NCBI GenBank assembly: GCA_035649475.1
Contig: DASRJM010000247.1
Location: 9,046 to 33,045 of the forward strand
Source: Acidimicrobiales bacterium
GTDB taxonomy: Bacteria > Actinomycetota > Acidimicrobiia > Acidimicrobiales > VFJN01
Reading direction: 5' to 3'
Length of the DNA stretch: 24,000 bases
Each line of letters starts with the position of its first letter. Position 1 is the first letter of the stretch. The notes under the pieces are model-generated. The model did not search any database. It saw only the letters and a list, made by a program, of their open reading frames with translations, and was not told where the DNA came from. The position numbers were made by a program, and so were the translations under genes. Positions 1 through 7,101 of this stretch are shown here, one piece after another.

Positions 1-87
1 TCGGGGGTGTCCGTCACACCAGCGGCGTACCCCGGCGCCACCGGCCCCAACCAGCCACGATGGCGACCGGACCAGCGGCGGCCGCGC

Positions 88-786
88 TCAGAACAGCTGG
101 CCCTGCGGGTCGGGGCGCACGATGCGCGGCACCCCGGTCCACGGCAGGCCGTCCATGAACACCCAGCTCCGGCGGTGGATGGCCGACGGCCCGATGCCCC
201 GCAGCGAGGCCTTGTGCCGGGGGCAGGGGTAGCCCTTGTTGGCGTCGAACCACCACGACGTGTAGTGCTCCGCCTCGGCGCGCATGATGCGGTCGCGGGT
301 GACCTTGGCCAGGATCGACGCCGCCGCGATCGACAGGCACCGCGAGTCGCCCCGCACCAGCCGGTCCACGATGCCGCCGCCCACGAAGTCCCACTTGCCG
401 TCGAGCAGCACCCGGTCGGGCGCCACGCCCATATGGGCCAGGGCCCGCCGGGCCGCGAGCCGCTGCGCCTCGCTCATGCCCAGGTCATCGCACTCCTCCG
501 GGCTGGCGTGGCCGACGCCCCAAGCGGTGCACCACCCGGCGATGCGGTCGAACAGCGCCTCCCGCTCCCGCTCCGTGAGCTGCTTCGAGTCCCGCACCTT
601 GTAGACCCGGCGGTCCCGGGGCAGCACGGCGGCGCCCACCGTCAGCGGGCCCGCCCAGGCACCCCGGCCGACCTCGTCGATGCCCACCACGACGCCGTGG
701 CCGGCGTCCCACAGCCTGCGCTCGTAGGCCAGGGAGGGCGATCGGCCCTGCAGCGCCCGGCGGAGCGTGGGGGCGGTGGCGGCCAT
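88..786 (-). CDS. rnhB: Ribonuclease HII
   Basis: Track ORF 88..852(-). Translation carries RNase HII motifs (GIDEVGRGAWAGPL, RDSKQL, SIAAASILAKVTRD, ANKGYP). Start placed at the internal ATG 786 (M23) because a TAGCCT -10-like hexamer lies 7 nt upstream. GTG 852 is the alternative start. Confidence 0.9.
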   Translation of the reverse strand: MAATAPTLRRALQGRSPSLAYERRLWDAGHGVVVGIDEVGRGAWAGPLTVGAAVLPRDRRVYKVRDSKQLTEREREALFDRIAGWCTAWGVGHASPEECDDLGMSEAQRLAARRALAHMGVAPDRVLLDGKWDFVGGGIVDRLVRGDSRCLSIAAASILAKVTRDRIMRAEAEHYTSWWFDANKGYPCPRHKASLRGIGPSAIHRRSWVFMDGLPWTGVPRIVRPDPQGQLF

Positions 787-793
787 CGCTGCG

Positions 794-799
794 AGGCTA
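794..799 (-). promoter_or_regulatory. -10-like hexamer TAGCCT, 7 nt upstream of rnhB ATG (leaderless-type arrangement)
   Basis: Minus strand reads TAGCCT-cgcagcg-ATG. It matches the actinobacterial TAnnnT -10 pattern, and there is no SD-like purine run before the ATG. Confidence 0.3.
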
Positions 800-864
800 C
801 TGCTCCGGCGCCCGCCCTCCGGAGACGCTGCGCACCGCGGCGGAAGCTCCACCCACCGCGCGCA

Positions 865-893
865 TTGACTAGGCCTCGATCCGTGGCGAAGAT
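865..893 (+). promoter_or_regulatory. Candidate sigma-A-type promoter TTGACT-17nt-GAAGAT
   Basis: TTGACT at 865-870, a 17-nt spacer, then GAAGAT at 888-893 (xAxxxT). It lies about 30 nt upstream of ATG 924, which is preceded by GGAGG at 914-918. Confidence 0.35.
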
Positions 894-923
894 GGCGTAG
901 TCACGGTGAACGGGGAGGACACC

Positions 924-1166
924 ATGACCGATGGGGTACCGCACGACCTGATCCCGGGCGCGCGGGTCGAGGTCCGCAACCGCTTCGACGGATCCTGGTC
1001 CACGGGCTTCGAGGTGGCAGAAGCCGTCGGCGCCGCCGGCGAGGACGACGATGCGGGCAGGGGACCGACGGCCTACCGGGTGCGGCGCGTCGCCGACGCC
1101 GCCGTGCTCAACGGCACCTTCCGCCCCGACGACCTGCGCCGGGAGCCGCCGCGCCGGCGGTGGTGA
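924..1166 (+). CDS. Small hypothetical protein (80 aa)
   Basis: Track ORF 906..1166(+). ATG 924 is preferred over GTG 906 because GGAGG sits 5 nt upstream. Third codon positions are almost all G/C, like neighbouring real genes. I recognise no motif. Confidence 0.6.
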   Translation: MTDGVPHDLIPGARVEVRNRFDGSWSTGFEVAEAVGAAGEDDDAGRGPTAYRVRRVADAAVLNGTFRPDDLRREPPRRRW

Positions 1167-1574
1167 TCAACTCAGCTTGGCGATGTTGGCCGCCTCGTCG
1201 GCGTCGACGCCGGTGCCCAGGAACGCGTCCACCATCTCGTCGGCCACGGTCGGCGACGTGAGCCGCAGGCCGAGAGCCAGGACATTGGCGTCGTTCCAGC
1301 GTCGGGCGCCCTCGGCGGTGGCCCCGTCCGTGCACAGCGCGGCCCGCACGCCGGGGACCTTGTTGGCCGCCATCGACACCCCGGTGCCGGTCCAGCAGCA
1401 CACGACGCCCCGGTCGGCCGTCCCGCCGGCCACGGCCTCGCCCACGCCCCGGCCGACCTCCGGCCAGGGGTCGCCTTCGCCGACGACCACCACCTCGTGC
1501 CCGCGCTCGGCCAGCGCCGCTTTGATGTGATCGGTCAGCTCGGTCCGCTCGTCGGTCCCGAAGGCGATGCGCAT
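1167..1574 (-). CDS. RpiB/LacA/LacB-family sugar-phosphate isomerase, divergent member
   Basis: 135 aa. Family-typical MRIAFGTD..., CCWTGTGVSMAANK and WNDANVLALG segments align to the RpiB GCDH / CGTGxGxxIAANK / HNDxNVL motifs. Several canonical residues are replaced (see findings). Confidence 0.85.
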   Translation of the reverse strand: MRIAFGTDERTELTDHIKAALAERGHEVVVVGEGDPWPEVGRGVGEAVAGGTADRGVVCCWTGTGVSMAANKVPGVRAALCTDGATAEGARRWNDANVLALGLRLTSPTVADEMVDAFLGTGVDADEAANIAKLS

Positions 1575-1581
1575 GCCGACC

Positions 1582-1587
1582 AGCGTA
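1582..1587 (-). promoter_or_regulatory. -10-like hexamer TACGCT, 7 nt upstream of ATG 1574
   Basis: Minus strand reads TACGCT-ggtcggc-ATG. It sits inside a 32-bp divergent intergenic region. Confidence 0.35.
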
Positions 1588-1606
1588 GGAGCGGTAGACC
1601 GGAGGG

Positions 1607-2407
1607 ATGACCCGGTACCAGGTGAACGACGGGAAGGACTTCCGACTCGCCGACCACGACCCCGGCGACGACAGCGGCGTGGCCGGCAAGGACCAGGGCA
1701 GGGAGGAGGTGGCCCGGCTCACCGCCCGGCTGGCCGAGCTCCAGGAGATGTTCTACGCCGACGGCCGCCGGGCGCTGCTGGTCGTGCTCCAGGGCATGGA
1801 CACCTCGGGCAAGGGCGGCGCCATCAAGAAGGCGTTCGAGGGGCTCGACCCGACCGGGGTCCACGTGGCCTCGTTCAAGGCGCCGACCGAGCAGGAGCTG
1901 GCCCACGACTTCCTGTGGCGGATCCACCCCCACACCCCCGGGCTGCGTTACCTGGCCGTCTTCGACCGCAGCCACTACGAGGACGTGCTCATCGTGCGGG
2001 TCCACGACCTGGTGCCGGAGGCCCGCTGGCAGGCCCGCTACCGCGCGATCCGCAGCTTCGAGCAGATGCTGGTCGACGAGGGCACCGTGATCCGCAAGTT
2101 CTTCCTCCACATCTCCAGGGAGGAGCAGGCCGAGCGGCTGCGGGCCCGGCTGGAGGACCCGACCAAGCGCTGGAAGTTCCGCCTCGGCGACCTGGAGGAG
2201 CGCAAGCACTGGGACGAGTACCAGGCCGCCTACGAGGAGGCGATCCGGCGCACCGCCACCCCCGACGCGCCGTGGATCATCGTCCCGGCCAACCGGAAGT
2301 GGCACCGCAACCTGATCATCTGCCGCACGATGGTCGAGACGCTGGAGTCGCTCGGCCTGCGCTACCCGGAGCCGGAGGAGGATCTCTCGGGCGTCGTCGT
2401 CGAGTGA
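1607..2407 (+). CDS. ppk2: Polyphosphate kinase 2 family protein (polyphosphate:nucleotide phosphotransferase)
   Basis: 266 aa. PPK2 signature stretches are present: VVLQGMDTSGKGG (Walker A-like), FLWRIHPHTPG, AVFDRSHYEDVL and WIIVPANRKWHRN. GGAGGG lies directly upstream of the ATG. Confidence 0.9.
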   Translation: MTRYQVNDGKDFRLADHDPGDDSGVAGKDQGREEVARLTARLAELQEMFYADGRRALLVVLQGMDTSGKGGAIKKAFEGLDPTGVHVASFKAPTEQELAHDFLWRIHPHTPGLRYLAVFDRSHYEDVLIVRVHDLVPEARWQARYRAIRSFEQMLVDEGTVIRKFFLHISREEQAERLRARLEDPTKRWKFRLGDLEERKHWDEYQAAYEEAIRRTATPDAPWIIVPANRKWHRNLIICRTMVETLESLGLRYPEPEEDLSGVVVE

Positions 2408-2411
2408 GCGG

Positions 2412-2430
2412 CGGCCGGCTCAACCGGCCG
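2412..2430 (+). terminator. GC-rich hairpin 5 nt after the ppk2 stop (no U-tract)
   Basis: CGGCCGG-ctcaa-CCGGCCG, a perfect 7-bp stem with a 5-nt loop. It lacks a T-run, so it is only a tail-less terminator candidate. Confidence 0.3.
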
Positions 2431-2448
2431 TGCCCGGGCCGGAACTAT

Positions 2449-2470
2449 CAGGACTTCCAGGACTTGCAGG
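2449..2470. repeat. Short tandem 9-mer repeat CAGGACTTC-CAGGACTTG-CAGG
   Basis: Read directly from the sequence: about 2.4 copies in a locally lower-GC patch of the convergent ppk2/LLM intergenic region. Confidence 0.6.
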
Positions 2471-2504
2471 CGCTCCTGGACGCCGGCGGGCGCATCGGCC
2501 TGCA
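2465..2504 (-). terminator. Hairpin candidate downstream of the LLM oxidoreductase gene
   Basis: TGCAGGC (2465-2471) pairs with GCCTGCA (2498-2504). The 26-nt loop contains the palindrome CGCCGGCG (2481-2488). It lies 22 nt beyond the minus-strand stop at 2526. Confidence 0.25.
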
Positions 2505-2525
2505 GCACACGAGAGCTGACCCGGC

Positions 2526-3461
2526 TCAGAGATTCGGGGCCACCTCGGCCCCGAACCTCTGGATCTGGTCCACCAGCTCCGTCCGGTCCCGGGACCGGAA
2601 CCGGACCTGGAGCTGGTTGGCCCCGGCCTCGACCCACGGCCGCAGCATGTCGGCGAGCGCGGCCGGCTCGCCGATATAGGTGCGGCCGACGTCCCAGGTC
2701 GGGGCGCCGACGTAGCAGCCGACGTTGGCGCCGACGTCGAACCGCTCGGGCCGGCCGGCCTCCGCCCGCAGCCGCCGGATCCGCTCGACGACGCCGGGCA
2801 GGTCGCGGGGACGGATCCCCTGGGGCAGCCAGCCGTCGCCCAGCTGGGCGGCCCGGCGCACGGCGACCGCCGAGGACCCGCCGACCCAGATCGGCACCGA
2901 CTCCTGCACCGGGCGGGGCGCCAGCGCCGCCGACCCGTCGAGCCCCCCGGCCCTGTCGGGCAGCGCCGGGTACTCGTCGTCGAGCGCGGCCCGGATCGCC
3001 GGCAGCGCCGCCTCCACGTGGCGGCCCCGGGCGGTGAAGTCCACGCCCAGCAGGGCGAACTCGCCCTCGACGTGGCCGGCCCCGACGCCGAGGATGGCCC
3101 GCCCTCCCGATAGCCGGTCGAGGGTGGCGAACGCCTTGGCCACCGCCAAGGGGTGGTGGTACGGCAGGGCGAGGACGTGGCTGAGCAGGCGCACCGACGT
3201 CGTGTGCCCGGCCAGGAACCCGAGCGTGGCCACCGGGTCGTACCAGGTGGTGCCCATCGTTTCGTCCAGCGGGCGGGGGATGGCGACGTGCTCGCACACC
3301 CCGACGTACAGCGCGCCGGCCCGGTCGGCCGCCTGGGCGACCGCCACCAGGTCCTCGACGCCGGCCTCGGCCTCCCACGGCTCGACGAAGACCGCGCTCT
3401 GGGCCTGGATCGGGAGCTGCACGCCCCAGGCGACGGTCCCCGCCGGGATGATGGCGGTCAT
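2526..3461 (-). CDS. LLM-class (luciferase-like) oxidoreductase, probably F420-dependent
   Basis: 311 aa. The overall pattern is that of actinobacterial LLM/F420-dependent oxidoreductases (LDRLSGGRAILGVGAGH, IWVGGSS, AAQLGDGW). The cofactor cannot be settled by eye. Confidence 0.8.
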   Translation of the reverse strand: MTAIIPAGTVAWGVQLPIQAQSAVFVEPWEAEAGVEDLVAVAQAADRAGALYVGVCEHVAIPRPLDETMGTTWYDPVATLGFLAGHTTSVRLLSHVLALPYHHPLAVAKAFATLDRLSGGRAILGVGAGHVEGEFALLGVDFTARGRHVEAALPAIRAALDDEYPALPDRAGGLDGSAALAPRPVQESVPIWVGGSSAVAVRRAAQLGDGWLPQGIRPRDLPGVVERIRRLRAEAGRPERFDVGANVGCYVGAPTWDVGRTYIGEPAALADMLRPWVEAGANQLQVRFRSRDRTELVDQIQRFGAEVAPNL

Positions 3462-3471
3462 CGGCGGACGC

Positions 3472-4398
3472 TCACTTGACCGCCGTCGGCGCGACGGGCC
3501 CGCCGACCCCTCCGGTCAGCGGCAGCGGGGTGGCGGCGAGGAGGAAGTCGTACTGGCCGTCTGCCGCGCAGTCGGCCGCCAGGTCGTCGAGCGCCCACAG
3601 CTGGCCCTGCGGCATTCCCATGTCGACGAGGTGCAGCAGGTGCACGGGCAGCAGCGCAGCCGGATCCTCGGGAGGCCAGACCTCGAACACCAGCGTGTCG
3701 GTGGCCACCGCGGCGACGTCGTGGTCGCGGAGCCATTCGACCGAGCGGGTCGACAGGCCGGGCGACGGGTTTGAGAAGCGGGCCTTGTCCCCCGCGCGGA
3801 GGAAGTGCATCTGACCGGTGCGGACCAGCAGCGCGTCGCCGGGCTCGATCGGGACGCCGCGGCCGGCGGTGGCCGCCTCGAGGTCGCCGCCGGTGACCGC
3901 GTAGCCGTCGTCGAAGTGGTCGACGCCGTGGACCGCGGCCACGTCGGCCAGCACGCCGCGGGTGACGACGGGGCCGAACTGCTCGATGCCCAGGCGGGCC
4001 GCCCCGGACTCGCCGACGACGCCGGCGTCGACACCGTTGTAGAGCCGGCCGCCGTAGCTGACGTGCGCCAGGGCGTCCCAGTGGGTGGCGGCCTGGACCC
4101 CCATGGCCAGGGCGTCGTCGCTGGCGCAGAAGTCGGACGGGTCGCCGGTGTAGGGGGCGTTGACCGCCAGCATGCGACGGGCCGGGTTCTCCCGCCCCCG
4201 GACCTGGCCGGTCTGCGGGCCGTCCTCGTCGAACGGGATGGCCAGGGAGAAGACCTTGCCCTGGCGGGCTGCGGCCACGCCCCGGAGCACGGCCGCGGCA
4301 TCGACCAGGTTGAGCGTGCCACGCTGATCGTCGGGGCCCCAGCGGCCGGCGTTGGAGACCTTCGCCGCCAGCTGCTGGAGGTGGTCGGGCAGCGCCAT
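3472..4398 (-). CDS. Cyclase-family protein (kynurenine-formamidase-like fold)
   Basis: 308 aa. It has RGTLNL near the N-terminus and a central ATHWDALAHV matching the THxDxPxH part of the HxGTHxDxPxH family motif, with the first His replaced by Gln. GVLADV and LLVRTG segments are present. It lies 10 bp upstream of the LLM gene on the same strand. Confidence 0.8.
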   Translation of the reverse strand: MALPDHLQQLAAKVSNAGRWGPDDQRGTLNLVDAAAVLRGVAAARQGKVFSLAIPFDEDGPQTGQVRGRENPARRMLAVNAPYTGDPSDFCASDDALAMGVQAATHWDALAHVSYGGRLYNGVDAGVVGESGAARLGIEQFGPVVTRGVLADVAAVHGVDHFDDGYAVTGGDLEAATAGRGVPIEPGDALLVRTGQMHFLRAGDKARFSNPSPGLSTRSVEWLRDHDVAAVATDTLVFEVWPPEDPAALLPVHLLHLVDMGMPQGQLWALDDLAADCAADGQYDFLLAATPLPLTGGVGGPVAPTAVK

Positions 4399-4420
4399 AG
4401 AACGTGTTCTAGTTCACGTG
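4399..4420. promoter_or_regulatory. Overlapping palindromes (candidate operator) in a 39-bp divergent intergenic region
   Basis: AGAAC-gt-GTTCT at 4399-4410. ACGTG-ttctagtt-CACGT at 4402-4419, which has a GTG-N8-CAC core and a central CTAG. CACGTG at 4415-4420. This is the lowest-GC patch in the neighbourhood. Confidence 0.4.
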
Positions 4421-4437
4421 CCCCCAGGAGGCGACCA

Positions 4438-5046
4438 ATGAGGAAGATCATCGCAGGCCTGTTCATCTCGCTGGACGGCGTGGTCGAGGCACCGGACGAG
4501 TGGCACTTCCCGTACTTCGACGAGCAGATGGGCCAGGCGGTCGGCTCCCAGATGTCGGACACGATCCTGCTCGGGCGCAAGACCTACGACAGCTTCGCCG
4601 GCGCCTGGCCCGACCGGGAGGCCGGGGGCGAGGAGGACGCCGAGTTCGCAAAGATCCTCGGCGACGCCCGCAAGATCGTCGTGTCCAACCAGGACCTCGA
4701 CTTCACCTGGCGCAACACCGAGCAGCTCCGGGGCGACCTCGTCGAGTCGGTCGCCGCCCTGAAGGGCGAGCCCGGCGGCCGGATCTCGATGAGCGGCTCG
4801 ATCTCGGTCGTGCGCCAGCTGCTGGCGGCCGGCCTGCTCGACGAGCTCCACCTGCTGGTCCACCCGATCGCCGTGCAGCACGGCATGCGGCTGTTCGAAG
4901 ACGGCCAGGACGCCGTGCCGCTGAAGCTGCTGTCGTCCGAGGCGTTCGGCAGCGGGGTGCTGTACCTGGTGTACGGCCCCGACGAGGCCCGGGAGGGCGG
5001 GTACGCGGAGGCCAAGGCCCACCTGGGCCGGTCCGAGGAGGAGTAG
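4438..5046 (+). CDS. Dihydrofolate-reductase-like (RibD C-terminal domain) family protein
   Basis: Internal ATG of track ORF 3805..5046, with AGGAGG at 4426-4431. MRKIIAGLFISLDGVVE..., ILLGRKTYDSFAGAW and LLDELHLLVHPI are typical of the family. Confidence 0.85.
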   Translation: MRKIIAGLFISLDGVVEAPDEWHFPYFDEQMGQAVGSQMSDTILLGRKTYDSFAGAWPDREAGGEEDAEFAKILGDARKIVVSNQDLDFTWRNTEQLRGDLVESVAALKGEPGGRISMSGSISVVRQLLAAGLLDELHLLVHPIAVQHGMRLFEDGQDAVPLKLLSSEAFGSGVLYLVYGPDEAREGGYAEAKAHLGRSEEE

Positions 5047-5068
5047 CGGGCCGGGGGACCCGGGCCCG
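5047..5068 (+). terminator. Imperfect GC hairpin immediately after the DHFR-like gene stop
   Basis: CGGG-CCGGG-gga-CCCGG-(g)-CCCG: 9 bp with one bulge and no U-tract. It lies in a 69-bp convergent spacer. Confidence 0.2.
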
Positions 5069-5115
5069 GCGGTCGCTTGGTCGGCGTCCGCCGGGCGGGT
5101 CACCTGGCTCGTGCG

Positions 5116-6303
5116 TCAGGCGTTGCAGGTGGGCGTGAAGGGCTGGCCGGTGAAGCGCTCGTCGAGCCAGGCGATGACGTCGTCCACGGCCACCGCCACC
5201 CCGAGGATGTGGTCGGCCAGCTCGAGGTCGACCGATTCGACCCGCGCTCCACCGGCGCACCAGGCGTCGCGCAGGCTGGTGCCCTGCTCGTACGGGATGA
5301 TCTGGTCCCGGACGCCGTGGTACTGGTACACGGGCGCCGCGGGGGCGACCGTGCCCAGCCGCTGCTCGGCGATGCGGGCCTGCCACTGGGGCGTGTCCAG
5401 TGGGTTGGTCGTGGTGAGGTCGCTGATGTGGCGGCCGGCGCCGAGCGGCAGGCCGTCGATCAGGCAGACGTCCCGGCCCCGCTCGAGCAGGTCGCGGCCG
5501 GTCTCGCTCAGGTAGGACTCGAGGTCCAGCTCCGGGTACGCGGCGTCGAGCCCGAGCGCGGCGAAGGCCAGGAAGCTGAACCAGAAGTTGCCCGGTCCGT
5601 CGAGGTGGGCCGCCAGCGCGCCCAGCTCGGACGGCACGCCGCCGGCGGCGGAGGCGACGACGTTGAGCTCGGGCGCGTAGCTGGCCTCACGCTCGGCGGC
5701 CGCGGCCGCGGCCTGCCCGCCCTGGGAGTAGCCCCAGAACGCGACCGGCGCGTTGGCGGCGACGCCGGACCCGGGGATCCGCTGGGCGGCCCGCACGATG
5801 TCGAGGAGGGCATGGGCCTCGGCGTCCTTGATCACGTAGGTGTGGTCGCCCGGCGTGCCGATGCCCTCGTAGTCGGTGACGGCGACGGCCCAGCCCCGGT
5901 TGAGCATCTGGCGCATCGCGCCCTGCTGGTACGAGGTGCCCTTGGGGATGGCGGTCGAGGAGGCGCAGCTGTCGCCCACGCCCTGCGTCCCCGGCGCGAA
6001 CGACACGATCGGCCGCGCCCCGCCGCGGGTCCACGCCGCCTTCGGCACGAGCAGCGTCCCGGTCACGTAGTTCGCCCGCCCGGTGGCGCTGGTCGAGCGG
6101 TAGCTGACCGCGGTCGCGTCGACGTGGGTGGCGTTGCCGAAGCTGGTCTTCACCGTGCGGACCACGTCGCCCGGGCGCGCCGGCAGCGCATCCGGCGGCC
6201 GGTAGAACTCGGGCGGCGGCGGCGCGCACGCCGCTGCGGTGGCGAACAGGGCGGTCACCGCCACGAGCGCGGTGACCGTCGTGGGCAGACGTCGGGTCCT
6301 CAT
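5116..6303 (-). CDS. Secreted lipase/esterase (LIP secretory-lipase-like alpha/beta hydrolase), probable lipoprotein
   Basis: 395 aa. N-terminal signal peptide MRTRRLPTTVTALVAVTALFATAAAC with a lipobox-like AAAC. GYSQGG nucleophile elbow (GxSxG). The purine-rich stretch GAGGGGAAGGG directly precedes the ATG. Confidence 0.75.
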   Translation of the reverse strand: MRTRRLPTTVTALVAVTALFATAAACAPPPPEFYRPPDALPARPGDVVRTVKTSFGNATHVDATAVSYRSTSATGRANYVTGTLLVPKAAWTRGGARPIVSFAPGTQGVGDSCASSTAIPKGTSYQQGAMRQMLNRGWAVAVTDYEGIGTPGDHTYVIKDAEAHALLDIVRAAQRIPGSGVAANAPVAFWGYSQGGQAAAAAAEREASYAPELNVVASAAGGVPSELGALAAHLDGPGNFWFSFLAFAALGLDAAYPELDLESYLSETGRDLLERGRDVCLIDGLPLGAGRHISDLTTTNPLDTPQWQARIAEQRLGTVAPAAPVYQYHGVRDQIIPYEQGTSLRDAWCAGGARVESVDLELADHILGVAVAVDDVIAWLDERFTGQPFTPTCNA

Positions 6304-6350
6304 CCCTTCCCCTCATCTGTGCGGCGCCGGTCTTCCCCGGACCAACGCGG

Positions 6351-6404
6351 TGACACTGCAACTGTCAACGAGAGCGGCAGCGAACGCAAGCGTTTTCTGA
6401 CAGT
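6351..6404. promoter_or_regulatory. Nested inverted repeats built on the TGACA/TGTCA motif
   Basis: TGACA (6351-55) and TGTCA (6363-67) form an inverted repeat with a 7-nt spacer. ACTGTCA (6361-67) and TGACAGT (6398-6404) form an inverted repeat with a 30-nt spacer. An inner AACGC-aa-GCGTT lies at 6383-6394. The minus strand reads TTGACA at 6368-6363. Confidence 0.3.
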
Positions 6405-6452
6405 CGGGTCACGTCCGCCGTCCGCGGGGCCCGAGAGGGCAGCCTGTGGGGC

Positions 6453-7097
6453 ATGACCCCGTGCGACACACCGAGCGATCGGCCGCGGCTCGTCCTGGTC
6501 ACCGGCGCACCCGGGAGCGGCAAGACCACGCTCGGGAGCGCGCTGGCCCGCGAGCTGCGGCTGCCGTTCCTCGCCCGGGACGACGTGCGCGGCGGCCTGT
6601 TCTTCACGGCCGGGGCTTGGAGCGCGCGGCCCGGACCCGTCCCCACGTCCGAGGAGGCGGCCGAGGCCTTCCTGCGCATCCTCGAGACCGCGGCGTCCCT
6701 GGGGGTGAGCTGCGTCGCCGAGTACCTCGTCCGCCAGCAGCGCCCCGCCGATCTCCGGCGCCTGTCCTCGGTGGCCGACTGCGTCGTCGTGCTCACCGAA
6801 TGCCGCGGCCACCTCGACCGGTTCGCGTCCCGCAACGCGGCCGACCGCCTGCTCAACCGGCGGCCCGTGCTCGCGGCGCTCGGCCACGCCACCATCCACG
6901 AGCACACCAGCGCGGCCGTCGAGCGGATGCGGGCGGTGACCGGTGAGATGCGGCGGGACCTCCGGCTCCCGACGCTGCGGGTCGCCACCGACGACGGCTA
7001 CGAGCCCGGGCTCGACGCCATCGTCGACTTCGTGGTCTCCGGACCGGTCGCGACGGCGGACGGGCGGGAGGACCCATCGCAAACCACGGCAGGATGA
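6453..7097 (+). CDS. P-loop NTPase / small-molecule-kinase-like ATP-binding protein
   Basis: 214 aa. Walker A motif LVLVTGAPGSGKTTLG near the N-terminus. Size and layout resemble AAA_33/zeta-like kinases. The gene stops 4 nt before the GH38 start. Confidence 0.65.
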   Translation: MTPCDTPSDRPRLVLVTGAPGSGKTTLGSALARELRLPFLARDDVRGGLFFTAGAWSARPGPVPTSEEAAEAFLRILETAASLGVSCVAEYLVRQQRPADLRRLSSVADCVVVLTECRGHLDRFASRNAADRLLNRRPVLAALGHATIHEHTSAAVERMRAVTGEMRRDLRLPTLRVATDDGYEPGLDAIVDFVVSGPVATADGREDPSQTTAG

Positions 7098-7101
7098 CGG
7101 C

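Noticed and set aside
7-900. 297-aa plus-strand ORF over the rnhB locus
   Set aside because: It is antisense to a clearly recognisable RNase HII gene and has a low-complexity translation.
3805-4437. N-terminal 211-codon extension of the DHFR-like ORF (track ORF 3805..5046)
   Set aside because: The extension is antisense to the cyclase-family gene and low-complexity. ATG 4438 has an AGGAGG SD and begins the conserved MRKIIAGLFISLDG N-terminus.
6398-6413. CRP-like site TGACA-gtcggg-TCACG upstream of the P-loop/GH38 operon
   Set aside because: It matches only 7 of 10 positions of TGTGA-N6-TCACA and the left half lacks the critical GTG. It is better explained as part of the TGACA dyad set.
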